NCBI GenBank assembly: GCA_964195235.1
Contig: CAXMOW010000002.1
Location: 3,772-67,771 of the forward strand
Direction of reading: 5' to 3'
DNA length: 64,000 nucleotides
DNA from: an uncultured Acidimicrobiia bacterium
GTDB taxonomy: Bacteria; Actinomycetota; Acidimicrobiia; Spongiisociales; ZC4RG35
Position numbers and translations under genes: made by a program. This document shows, one piece after another, positions 31,933 to 40,365 of the stretch. Numbering within the stretch: the stretch's first letter is position 1; each line of letters begins with the position of its first letter. The notes beneath the pieces were generated by a model. It saw only the letters and a list, made by a program, of their open reading frames with translations. It was not told the origin of the DNA and ran no database searches.

Positions 31933-32184
31933 TTGGCACAAGGCGATATTGTCGAGCGGGTTGTCAGCTACGTGGTCAAGAGCATCGTTGACGACCCCGA
32001 AGAAGTTGTTGTGACCGTCGTGGAGCAAGGACCCAACGAGGTTGTTGCGGAGGTTCGCACGGCCAAAGGTGACATGGGTCGTGTCATCGGACGCCGTGGC
32101 CGTGTGGCCAAAGCGATCCGGGCTGCAGCAGGTGCCGCCGGTGAAGAAGAGGGGATCTCAGCTGGGGTCGAGTTCCTCGACTGA
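31933..32184 (+). CDS. KH-domain RNA-binding protein (YlqC/UPF0109 family)
   Basis: 83 aa with GRVIGRRGRVAKAIR KH motif. Conserved position between rpsP and rimM. Confidence 0.7.
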   Translation: MAQGDIVERVVSYVVKSIVDDPEEVVVTVVEQGPNEVVAEVRTAKGDMGRVIGRRGRVAKAIRAAAGAAGEEEGISAGVEFLD

Positions 32185-32185
32185 G

Positions 32186-32208
32186 CGTCCTGCCTCCGAG
32201 GCAGGACG
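32186..32208 (+). promoter_or_regulatory. 9-bp GC-rich stem-loop between the KH gene stop and the rimM start
   Basis: CGTCCTGCC-TCCGA-GGCAGGACG followed by TTTG. It overlaps the rimM ribosome-binding region. Confidence 0.3.
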
Positions 32209-32209
32209 T

Positions 32210-32716
32210 TTGAGCCGTTCCGACGGCTCTGAACATCCTTCGGTTCGTGCTGGCCGTCTTGGCCGACCCCACGGACTGAACGGGTTTCTCGGGTTATATG
32301 TCGATCCCGAGGATCTTGTCCATTTCGAGACGGGCTCCACCGTCTACATCAAGGACACGCCTTACATAGTCCGTACGATCCGCCGCGCTGACAAAGGCCA
32401 CCAAGTCGTCTTCGAAAATGTCGCTTCTCGAGAGGAGGCCGACGCAATCCGCAACGAGGACGTATTTGTCTTTGACCGCCGCACCTTGAAAGAACACGAG
32501 TTCTGGCCCGACGATCTCGTGGGTCTGGAAGTTCGACCCGGGGGAGGCAAGGTGGTGGCTGTGAATCATGGCCCTGCCCAAGACCGATTGGTGATCGAGC
32601 GCGACGGGGTGCGCTTTGAAGTCCCGTTTGTCGATGCGCTTGTACCTGTTGTGGATGTTGACGGTGGTTTCGTCGAGACGGCTGAGATCGAAGGCCTCAC
32701 TGAACCGTCAAGCTGA
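32210..32716 (+). CDS. rimM: 16S rRNA processing protein RimM
   Basis: RLGRPHGLNGFLGLYV N-terminal beta-barrel motif and PRC barrel. TTG start at 32210 is proposed; the ORF-track start at 32042 lies inside the KH gene. Confidence 0.7.
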   Translation: MSRSDGSEHPSVRAGRLGRPHGLNGFLGLYVDPEDLVHFETGSTVYIKDTPYIVRTIRRADKGHQVVFENVASREEADAIRNEDVFVFDRRTLKEHEFWPDDLVGLEVRPGGGKVVAVNHGPAQDRLVIERDGVRFEVPFVDALVPVVDVDGGFVETAEIEGLTEPSS

Positions 32717-33557
32717 TGGTCACGCCTTCCAATCCACCGTCTTCTTGATTCTCGTCGCCGACGAACAGGGACATGTTGCCTGGTGGGAGAACCATTGCTG
32801 CTCTGAATTCTCCCCATGTTCTTTCGCTGTCGGCTGCTGTGGTGAACTCTTCCGCAACCACCTGATCACCAGAGGTGGCGATCAGCAGGACATTGGATTC
32901 AAATGTCCGTCCGTAGCCCTCGACTGAAACTGGAGGAGTCAAGGTCGAGCCATCCGCCGGGGTCACAACCACAGTGGAGTCGGAAAGAGCCGCCGAAGTT
33001 GGATAGTCGACGATGCCGGGCTGAAGATCGAGGGCCAGTTGGGCAGGCGAGGACACGACCGTGACACGAGCCTGTGCCGGGGCCGCGAGGTGGATGTCGA
33101 TGAACATGCCTCCGTCCAGGGCGGTTACCACATAAAGCCGTTCCACCATCGGCGTCTCTACAAGTTGATCGGTGATCACTGTCTCCGTGGTGTCGAGCGA
33201 CATTCTGATTATGGGTAGGTCGTCGATGTAGCCAACCGAAACGCTCGGCGGCGTAGTCGCCGGCGCCCCTTCGGGAGTTTCAAAGGAAATGGTGAAGGTT
33301 TCGCACGCTTCCCCGGCTGTCCACGTGATGAGCCCAATCGTGTCGGCGTCAGATGACGACTGCTCGATTGTGTCCACGTGCCCGCCTTCCGTGAATTCGC
33401 CATTCTCGGGACAGCCGGCGACGAGAGGGAGAGTTGTCGATGGAGCGGTGCTGGGCGCGGAGCTTTGTGCGGTGGTGGACGTCGGCTCAACACCGGCCTG
33501 TGGACTGCAAGCGACGACTGTCAGCACGATTACTGGGACAACTCTCCACACCCTCAT
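32697..33557 (-). CDS. lipoprotein with GerMN/Gmad2-like domains
   Basis: Signal peptide with lipobox (VLTVVAC|S), Ser/Thr/Pro-rich linker and two beta-rich domains. Start taken at M42 (ATG 33557). Confidence 0.4.
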   Translation of the reverse strand: MRVWRVVPVIVLTVVACSPQAGVEPTSTTAQSSAPSTAPSTTLPLVAGCPENGEFTEGGHVDTIEQSSSDADTIGLITWTAGEACETFTISFETPEGAPATTPPSVSVGYIDDLPIIRMSLDTTETVITDQLVETPMVERLYVVTALDGGMFIDIHLAAPAQARVTVVSSPAQLALDLQPGIVDYPTSAALSDSTVVVTPADGSTLTPPVSVEGYGRTFESNVLLIATSGDQVVAEEFTTAADSERTWGEFRAAMVLPPGNMSLFVGDENQEDGGLEGVTISLTVQ

Positions 33558-33616
33558 GTCTGAAAGAGTAAGACCAACCACTAAGTTTGCAGACGTTCGC
33601 ACACGAGGAAGTTGTA

Positions 33617-34780
33617 ATGCCCGATGCAGTAATCGTTGCCACGGCCCGGACTCCGATTGGGAGGGCGTACAAAGGGTCATTGATCGAAACCAGGGCCGAT
33701 GACCTTGCCGGGTTTGCCATCAACGCCCTTATGGAGAAGGTGCCGGATGTGCCACGTGACTCCGTAGTCGACGTCATGGTCGGCTGTGGGCTCACCCACC
33801 ATGAGCAAGGCTTCAACATGGCCCGCCCCGCTGCGTTGCTCGGTGGCATGCCCGACTCGGTCCCCGCGACCACCGTCAACCGTTTCTGTGCCTCGTCTCT
33901 TCAAACCATCCGGATGGCTTTTCACGCCATCAAACAAGGTGAAGGCGACACCTACGTGGCTGCTGGATCCGAGTCGGTGAGTCGAACCTATGGAAAGGCC
34001 TTCGACAGCGACGACCTCAATCCGCGCTTCACTGACAACAGCAGGGACGACTTCATCAACAACGTCTATATCCCCATGGGCAACACTGCCGAGAATGTGG
34101 CGAAGAGATATGGAGTGACTCGAGGGCGGATGGACGAATTCGCAAAACGATCACAAGACCTTGCTGTTGAGTCCCAGAAGAACGGGTTCTTCGATTGGGA
34201 GATAACACCTATTGAAGTCCCCGACGGGCGCATGATCCGCGATGACGATGGTCCCCGTCCGAACACGACGCTGGAGAAGTTGGCAAGTCTTCCGCCGGTA
34301 TTTGATCCGGAGGGCTTGGTCACCGCGGGCAACTCATGTCCTCTCAATGACGGTGCCGCCGCAGTGCTGGTCATGTCGGATGAGAAGGCCGCCGACCTGG
34401 GTCTTGAGCCGTTGGCTCGGATCGTGGCTTCGTCGGTTGCTGGATTGGAGCCGGAGTACATGGGGATGGGCCCGGTCTTTGCGGTGCGCAAGGTGATGGA
34501 GCAGTCAGGAATGACTCTCGACGACATCGACGTGGTCGAGCTCAACGAGGCGTTCGCCGCCCAGGTGTTGGCGTCCGCGGACGAACTGGGCATCGACATG
34601 GACAAACTCAACCCACACGGCGGAGCAATCGCCCTCGGGCACCCGTTTGGGATGACCGGTGCCCGGATCATGGGCACTTTGCTCAACGACCTCCGAACTC
34701 TTGACGGTACCTACGGGCTGGAGACGATGTGTGTTGGCGGCGGTCAGGGCATGGCCATGATCGTGGAGCGTCTCAACTAG
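33617..34780 (+). CDS. acetyl-CoA C-acetyltransferase (thiolase II)
   Basis: N-terminal IVATARTPIGRAY, catalytic NRFCASSLQ Cys and C-terminal GGGQGMAMIVE. ATG at 33617 follows a GAGGAAG RBS. Confidence 0.85.
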   Translation: MPDAVIVATARTPIGRAYKGSLIETRADDLAGFAINALMEKVPDVPRDSVVDVMVGCGLTHHEQGFNMARPAALLGGMPDSVPATTVNRFCASSLQTIRMAFHAIKQGEGDTYVAAGSESVSRTYGKAFDSDDLNPRFTDNSRDDFINNVYIPMGNTAENVAKRYGVTRGRMDEFAKRSQDLAVESQKNGFFDWEITPIEVPDGRMIRDDDGPRPNTTLEKLASLPPVFDPEGLVTAGNSCPLNDGAAAVLVMSDEKAADLGLEPLARIVASSVAGLEPEYMGMGPVFAVRKVMEQSGMTLDDIDVVELNEAFAAQVLASADELGIDMDKLNPHGGAIALGHPFGMTGARIMGTLLNDLRTLDGTYGLETMCVGGGQGMAMIVERLN

Positions 34781-34999
34781 CGATCACCCGGGTCGCGGGC
34801 GGTCACGAAATCGGGCTGCGCCTGGTCTCGTGGTACGGTCGAGCAGCGAATACGGAACCGGCCGGCTTCGCATGTGCGCGCAGGCTGCCTGCGGATCGAT
34901 CCTTTCTCCGCTCTTTGGCATTGTGACCAGTACATCTCGGCACCCCGCCATGACGGGAACATCGATGGCTCCGGCCGCGATCTAGGAGATCTTGTCGTA

Positions 35000-35797
35000 A
35001 TGAGTTCTGTTGTGAGTGTGAAGAAATCCCCGACGCGTCCGCCTCACCTGACCACATATGCGAGACCTATCACGACTGCCCTTCTGTTGGCCGCCGGAGC
35101 CGGCAACCGTCTAGGGAACGGCTCCCCAAAGTGCCTTACTGATGTGTCGGGAACACCGATTCTTGGGCGCCTCGTCTCGTCGTTGGTCAAGAACGGTTTC
35201 GAGCGTCTCGTCGTCATCGTGGGATACCGCGGTCATCAGATCAAGGACTATCTGGACGTTCACTCCTCCGGATTGGACATTCACTACATCGAAAGCCGTC
35301 GATATAGGTCAACGAACAACATCTACTCACTGTGGTTGGCGCGCAACTACATGAGGGAGCCCTTCGCACTCATTGAGTCCGATCTCGTATTCGACTCACG
35401 TCTACTCACATCCTTGCGTTCCAGCGATCGGATCGCCTTGGCCGAATTCCGCTCGCACATGCGTGGGACGACAGTGTCAGTAGACGCATCCGGCATGGTT
35501 GCTTCCTTCAACGTGGGAGGACTCGACGGTCCTCGTCTTCCCAACAAGACCATCAACATCTACAGCTTGTCGATGTCAACATGGCACGAAGTCACTCGGC
35601 GACTCGAGCTGCGAGTCGCGGCCGGAAGAGTTCACGATTATTACGAGTCTGTGTTTGGGGAAATGGCTGCTGAAGCTGCTCTGCCCCTGCAGGCGGTCTG
35701 GTTCGACGATGGTCGTTGGAGCGAAATCGATACCCCGGAGGATCTGCATTCTGCCCGGGAGCTCTTTTCTGAACCGGAGTTTGCCAAAGGGGCCTGA
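35000..35797 (+). CDS. sugar/alcohol-phosphate nucleotidyltransferase (probable cytidylyltransferase)
   Basis: LLLAAGAGNRLG...PKCL...G.PIL NTP-transferase fold of the LicC/IPCT type. Translationally coupled to the downstream gene. Confidence 0.65.
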   Translation: MSSVVSVKKSPTRPPHLTTYARPITTALLLAAGAGNRLGNGSPKCLTDVSGTPILGRLVSSLVKNGFERLVVIVGYRGHQIKDYLDVHSSGLDIHYIESRRYRSTNNIYSLWLARNYMREPFALIESDLVFDSRLLTSLRSSDRIALAEFRSHMRGTTVSVDASGMVASFNVGGLDGPRLPNKTINIYSLSMSTWHEVTRRLELRVAAGRVHDYYESVFGEMAAEAALPLQAVWFDDGRWSEIDTPEDLHSARELFSEPEFAKGA

Positions 35798-36495
35798 TGC
35801 CTGGGACGGCTAAACGCTGGGCGAGTGGGGTATATCGCAATCTCCCAAACATCGTTTCGGTGCTCGGAGTATTGCCACTCTCCCTTCTTCTCCTGGATGA
35901 CGGGTTTTCATACCTGCCAGCGCTGATCGTCTACAACAACTTCATGGACGACTTGGATGGCATCCTGGCAAGAGAGCTCCATCTTTCCAGTGACTTCGGT
36001 GCCCGATTGGACAACTTGGCCGATGCAGTCTCACACATCCTCGTCTCGTTGGTGGTGGGTGCCCACTACGGCGGAATCGTTCTTGTGTTCAGTGCTGTCG
36101 CAGCTGTGGCCATTCTCATACGCGTCGTACAGCGGCTCGACCCATCGGCCGTTTATGGCACAGGTACTCCGACGAATGAGCTGATGCGTCATTTGCTGTT
36201 GCTTGTGGTTCTCCAGAATGAGTTGGATCTCGACATTACGGCCTATCTTGTGGCGGTATTCGCCGTCAACGCAGTGACAATGCTTGTTCCGTTCTCGATG
36301 CCGCACCTCATTCGAGCAAGAACCAAGTCAGTTATTGCAATCGTGGCGGTGAATCTCGCTCTTGCCACGGCCTGGTTGGCTCCAGCGGCGGCGCCTTTCA
36401 TTGCGGCAGCCTTCTTCGGCACGTACCTGTATTCGTTTCTCGTGCAAGGTGTCTCATGGGCTCGAAGTGAGCCTTCCGCGGGAACACCCGCCTAA
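35797..36495 (+). CDS. CDP-alcohol phosphatidyltransferase family membrane protein
   Basis: DDLDGILARELHLSSDFGARLDNLADAV matches D-G-x2-A-R-x8-G-x3-D-x3-D. About 6 TM helices. Confidence 0.75.
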   Translation: MPGTAKRWASGVYRNLPNIVSVLGVLPLSLLLLDDGFSYLPALIVYNNFMDDLDGILARELHLSSDFGARLDNLADAVSHILVSLVVGAHYGGIVLVFSAVAAVAILIRVVQRLDPSAVYGTGTPTNELMRHLLLLVVLQNELDLDITAYLVAVFAVNAVTMLVPFSMPHLIRARTKSVIAIVAVNLALATAWLAPAAAPFIAAAFFGTYLYSFLVQGVSWARSEPSAGTPA

Positions 36496-36521
36496 CCCGG
36501 GCGTTAAGTGCGGGCTAGGCG
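36489..36521 (+). terminator. GC-rich stem-loop spanning the stop of the CDP-alcohol phosphatidyltransferase gene (no U-tract)
   Basis: CGCCTA-A-CCCG...CGGG-C-TAGGCG gives 10 paired positions with an 11-nt loop. Confidence 0.3.
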
Positions 36522-36700
36522 ATGACCGTCGAGCAGTTTCCGAAACCCCCCGACTTCGCGCCGCACCACGCTTTTCTGGCATTCACCTGGGGTGCAATCG
36601 CGCTCCGCATGGCGGGGTTTCTCATGTCTTCTGACAGGGTGGTCGTCCACTGGTGGTGTAGATATGGCCAAGTGGGCTGGTCCACTGGGCCCGGTCTAGA

Positions 36701-36720
36701 TCGAACATACGTTCTATAAT
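36701..36720 (+). promoter_or_regulatory. SOS-box-like palindrome TCGAACATACGTTCTA overlapping a perfect TATAAT -10 element
   Basis: 11 of 12 matches to the actinobacterial LexA box TCGAAC-N4-GTTCGA. TATAAT lies at 36715-36720, 71 nt upstream of the DUF1059 ORF. Confidence 0.35.
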
Positions 36721-36790
36721 ACGGACTACGCCTGACAGATTCCAGGGTGTTGTGATGCCATACTTCCGCACCCGAAGTCGAGAGGGCTAA

Positions 36791-36976
36791 ATGTTCGAAT
36801 TTGTTTGTGATCACATGGTGCCAGGTTGTACCCACAAGGACCATGACGAAAAACAGCAAGAGTTGTTGGATCGTGCGGTAAGCCACCTCAAGGAACACCA
36901 CAATCTCGACTACCACGATGGGCCATTGGCTGAGAGTCTGAAGAGAACCGGGATCCAATTCATCCGACCGGCGTAG
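36791..36976 (+). CDS. DUF1059-family small metal-binding protein
   Basis: 61 aa with FVCDHMVPGCTH...H...EHH, consistent with my recollection of DUF1059. GAGAGGG RBS. Confidence 0.5.
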   Translation: MFEFVCDHMVPGCTHKDHDEKQQELLDRAVSHLKEHHNLDYHDGPLAESLKRTGIQFIRPA

Positions 36977-36998
36977 GACCTGCCAAAGGAATCGGCCC

Positions 36999-37697
36999 GT
37001 GAAGATCAACGTCGTCACCATGTTCCCCGAGTTCTTCGACGGACCTCTTCAAGTCTCGATCGTGGCAAGGGGGATCGATGACGGTGCTTTGGAAGTCGAA
37101 CTGAACAATCTCCGTGACCATGGGTTGGGGAGACATCGGCAGCTTGACGACACCCCATTCGGTGGAGGCCCAGGAATGGTGATGATGGTCGAGCCGTTGG
37201 CCAAGGCTCTGGAGCCTCTCGAGGGAACTCACCGTGTCCTCTTCACCCCAAGTGGCGTCCCGATGACACAGGTGACTCTTGATGGATGGGCTGAACTCGA
37301 CGAGATCACTCTGGTGTGTGGCAGATACGAAGGTGTCGACCAGCGGGTGATCGACAATTACATCGACGAAGAAATCAGTCTTGGTGACTACGTGCTGGCA
37401 GGGGGAGAGGTGGCGGCAGCAGCTGTCATCGAAGGCATCGCCCGCCTTCTGCCGGGGGTGGTGGGCAACCCGGAATCGACGGAAAAGGAGTCATTCCGTG
37501 ACGGTTTGCTCGAAGAACCGGTCTACACAAGGCCGGCGGATTACGAAGGTGACATCGTTCCCGAAATACTCTTGAGCGGTGATCACGCCAAGATCGAGGA
37601 GTGGCGTCAGGCTCAACGGGTCATGAGGACGAGACAACGTCGTCCCGACCTGGAACAGCACATCTCTTCCGAGAATGGCAATGATTCCGATCCTTGA
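36999..37697 (+). CDS. trmD: tRNA (guanine37-N1)-methyltransferase
   Basis: MKINVVTMFPEFF, SPOUT knot motifs and LVCGRYEGVDQRV. GTG start. Confidence 0.9.
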   Translation: MKINVVTMFPEFFDGPLQVSIVARGIDDGALEVELNNLRDHGLGRHRQLDDTPFGGGPGMVMMVEPLAKALEPLEGTHRVLFTPSGVPMTQVTLDGWAELDEITLVCGRYEGVDQRVIDNYIDEEISLGDYVLAGGEVAAAAVIEGIARLLPGVVGNPESTEKESFRDGLLEEPVYTRPADYEGDIVPEILLSGDHAKIEEWRQAQRVMRTRQRRPDLEQHISSENGNDSDP

Positions 37698-37754
37698 TAC
37701 AATTCCGAATCCGGGGCACCCGTCTATTCGCCCGGATGTTTCTAGGAGCCTTCC

Positions 37755-38099
37755 ATGAACGATCTTCACGCCGTAGAAAGCGCGTATGTCCGCGACGACA
37801 TCCCTGAGTTTCGCGCCGGCGACACCGTCAAAGTCCATGTTCGAGTTGTCGAAGCCGGCCGCGAGAGGGTTCAGATATTCGAAGGCGTGGTCATCGCCCG
37901 CAACGGCACCTCGTCACGAGCCTCCTTCACTGTTCGCAAGCTGAGCTTTGGTGTCGGAGTCGAGCGTGTGTTCCCGCTCAACGCCCCCATCATCCAGAAG
38001 ATCGAAGTAACTCGCAAAGGCGACGTTCGACGCTCAAAGCTCTACTACCTACGCGACAGGGTTGGTAAGTCGGCTCGCATCAAGGAGTTGCGCGACTGA
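37755..38099 (+). CDS. rplS: 50S ribosomal protein L19
   Basis: [30 protein letters not shown] signature. Confidence 0.9.
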   Translation: MNDLHAVESAYVRDDIPEFRAGDTVKVHVRVVEAGRERVQIFEGVVIARNGTSSRASFTVRKLSFGVGVERVFPLNAPIIQKIEVTRKGDVRRSKLYYLRDRVGKSARIKELRD

Positions 38100-38113
38100 G
38101 TTCGCCGACTTCG

Positions 38114-38743
38114 ATGGACAACGAACTCACGCAAGATCAACAAGAAACGCCGGCGCCTAAGCGTCGGCGTTCTTTTTGGGCGGAACTGCCCGGCCTTCTC
38201 TTCACCGCGCTGGTCATCGCGGTTGTCATCAAGACGTTCCTCGTTCAGCCGTTCTGGATTCCGTCCGAGTCGATGCTTCCGACCATCGAGGTCAACGATC
38301 GAGTCATGGTCAACAAACTTGCGTACAACTGGAGCGATCCCGAACGCGGGGACATCGTGGTTTTTCGCGACCCGGCCGAGCCGAAAATCGAAGAGTCATT
38401 GCCCGAGGCCGTGATCCGCTCGGTCCTCGAGGCGATTGGAATACGCACACGCGGTCGCGACGACTTGATCAAACGTGTAATCGGGTTGCCGGGGCAGACG
38501 CTGATGATTGAGAACGGAAAGATGGTTGTAGACGGTGTGCTGATTGCCGAGCCCTACCTCGCGCCTGACACGATCATGAATGACGAAGGCCCCTTTGTCG
38601 TCGGTCCCAACCAGGTCTTTGTGATGGGGGACAACAGACAGTTCAGTTTCGACAGTCGAAGATTCGGACCTATCGAATACGAGGCATTGGTGGGGCGTGC
38701 CTTTGTCACGATCTGGCCCCTGTCCAATTTCGGTGGGCTTTAG
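38114..38743 (+). CDS. lepB: signal peptidase I
   Basis: TM anchor, catalytic SESMLPT (Ser) and K boxes, and GDNRQFSFDSR. Confidence 0.85.
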   Translation: MDNELTQDQQETPAPKRRRSFWAELPGLLFTALVIAVVIKTFLVQPFWIPSESMLPTIEVNDRVMVNKLAYNWSDPERGDIVVFRDPAEPKIEESLPEAVIRSVLEAIGIRTRGRDDLIKRVIGLPGQTLMIENGKMVVDGVLIAEPYLAPDTIMNDEGPFVVGPNQVFVMGDNRQFSFDSRRFGPIEYEALVGRAFVTIWPLSNFGGL

Positions 38744-38843
38744 CGCGCTGTCTGAGACAACCCTGGCTATTGACGGTCTGAACCAGTAAGTGTTAATTCG
38801 GGCGGGGGCATATCATCGCCAGGTCCGTTTGTATGAGGAGACG

Positions 38844-39140
38844 ATGGAAGAGGATCTCGAGCGTTATGAGTCCGAAGTAGAGCTGAAGCTCTATAAGGAG
38901 TATCACGACGTTCTTCCGATGTTCACGTATGTCGTGGAAACCGAACGTCGTTTTTATCTGTGTAACGACGTCGAAGTTCAGGTCCGTGAGGTCAAGGGAT
39001 CGGTCTTCTTCGAAGTGGAGATGAAAGACGCATGGGTGTGGGACATGTTTCGTCCAGCCCGCTTTCTCGAGCATGTCCAAGTTCTCACCTTCCGCGACGT
39101 CAACGTTGAGGAGCTCGAGAAGGCTGAGCTCAGTCTCTGA
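38844..39140 (+). CDS. DUF2469-family conserved actinobacterial protein
   Basis: MEEDLERYESEVELKLYKEY... at the conserved position after lepB (Rv2901c-like). GAGGAG RBS. Confidence 0.6.
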   Translation: MEEDLERYESEVELKLYKEYHDVLPMFTYVVETERRFYLCNDVEVQVREVKGSVFFEVEMKDAWVWDMFRPARFLEHVQVLTFRDVNVEELEKAELSL

Positions 39141-39175
39141 GCGATAAGCGCCGTTCGCTGGGGAAAGCTGGAGAG

Positions 39176-39469
39176 ATGATCGGCGCCTGGTTTCTGACTT
39201 CACATGGACTCACGGTCACCCATAGAAACGTCAACGTCGACAGGGGTGAAGTCGATCTCGTCGCATGGGACGGTGATCAACGGGTGGTTACCGAAGTCAG
39301 GTCAGTGAGTTTTTCAGTCGATCCAATCGACGCCATCCACGCAGCCAAACGTCGACGCGTCGCAGGGCTTGCGGCCAGAATCGGTGTCACACGGGTGGAC
39401 TATCTCGGCGTGGGTTTCACCGACGCCTACATCGACTTTCATTGGGTACCGGGGTCTTCAAGCACATGA
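39176..39469 (+). CDS. YraN/UPF0102-family endonuclease-like protein
   Basis: 97 aa with GEVDLVA...V.EVR core. Conserved neighbour of comM. Confidence 0.55.
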   Translation: MIGAWFLTSHGLTVTHRNVNVDRGEVDLVAWDGDQRVVTEVRSVSFSVDPIDAIHAAKRRRVAGLAARIGVTRVDYLGVGFTDAYIDFHWVPGSSST

Positions 39470-39477
39470 GTCCGGGA

Positions 39478-40365
39478 ATGCCGGCCATCTCGGTCAAAGG
39501 TCTCCGCAAGACCTACAAGAAGACTGAAGCGCTCCGTGGCCTGAGTTTTGAGATTCCGAGCGGTCAGGTAACCGGGTTTCTCGGGCCAAATGGTGCTGGC
39601 AAGACCACAACTTTTCGAGCTTTGCTTGGTCTTACGAAGCCGGATGAAGGCGATATAGACGTTCTTGGGATGGAAGTGCCGGGCGATCTCTCCAAGATCA
39701 CCAAGCGGGTTGGATGCATCATCGAAGAGCCAGGGCTGATCAAAGCGCACAGTGGTCGTGTCAACCTGAGAATCGCAGCAGACACGCTTGGTTTCGGTCA
39801 CGACCGGATCGACGAGATGCTCGAGTTCGTGAGTCTCTCCGCCGATGCCAATCGTCGCGCCGAGGAGTACTCCAAGGGCATGAGACAACGTCTCGCCCTT
39901 GCCGCGGCCATGCTCGGCGACCCGGAGTTGCTTCTTCTCGATGAACCGCTGGACGGTCTCGACCCCGCCGGTCAACACGTCTTTCGCGCCCGGCTCAGGG
40001 CCCTGGCCGACGAAGGCAAAACGGTGGTCGTGTCCAGTCACGATCTCGCCGATATCGAAGCATTGGCTGACTACGTGGTAGTGGTCGACAAAGGAGAGCT
40101 GGTCTCCAAAGGCCCACTTGACGAGCTATTGGGAGAGGGCGCAACCCTGGTTGTTGTCGACGAAGGGCAGCGAGCGATGGACGCTCTCACCGCGGCAGGG
40201 TTCGAATCCCAATTCGATAACGACGGTCTTGTTGTCGATTCCGTCGACGGATCTGGCATCGTCAGGGCGCTCTCGGGGGTGGGGATCTATCCGAGTGAAG
40301 TGCGATCGACTCGGAGCAGTCTCGAATCGGTCTTCCTCGGTATTACCGGCGAGGGGAGCGTATGA
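39478..40365 (+). CDS. ABC transporter ATP-binding protein
   Basis: Walker A GPNGAGKTT, signature YSKGMRQRL and Walker B LLLLDEP. Confidence 0.8.
   Translation: MPAISVKGLRKTYKKTEALRGLSFEIPSGQVTGFLGPNGAGKTTTFRALLGLTKPDEGDIDVLGMEVPGDLSKITKRVGCIIEEPGLIKAHSGRVNLRIAADTLGFGHDRIDEMLEFVSLSADANRRAEEYSKGMRQRLALAAAMLGDPELLLLDEPLDGLDPAGQHVFRARLRALADEGKTVVVSSHDLADIEALADYVVVVDKGELVSKGPLDELLGEGATLVVVDEGQRAMDALTAAGFESQFDNDGLVVDSVDGSGIVRALSGVGIYPSEVRSTRSSLESVFLGITGEGSV

Noticed and set aside
36522-36719. 65-aa plus-strand ORF (MTVEQFPKPPDF...HWWCRYGQVGW...) in the non-coding region upstream of DUF1059.
   Set aside because: No recognisable motif or RBS. It spans the hairpin and the SOS-like box, so is more likely regulatory or leader sequence. 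It could still be a small membrane peptide, so the question is left open.
36515-37021. 168-aa minus-strand ORF covering the DUF1059 gene and the trmD start.
   Set aside because: Antisense to two supported genes and a promoter region. Composition is not protein-like.
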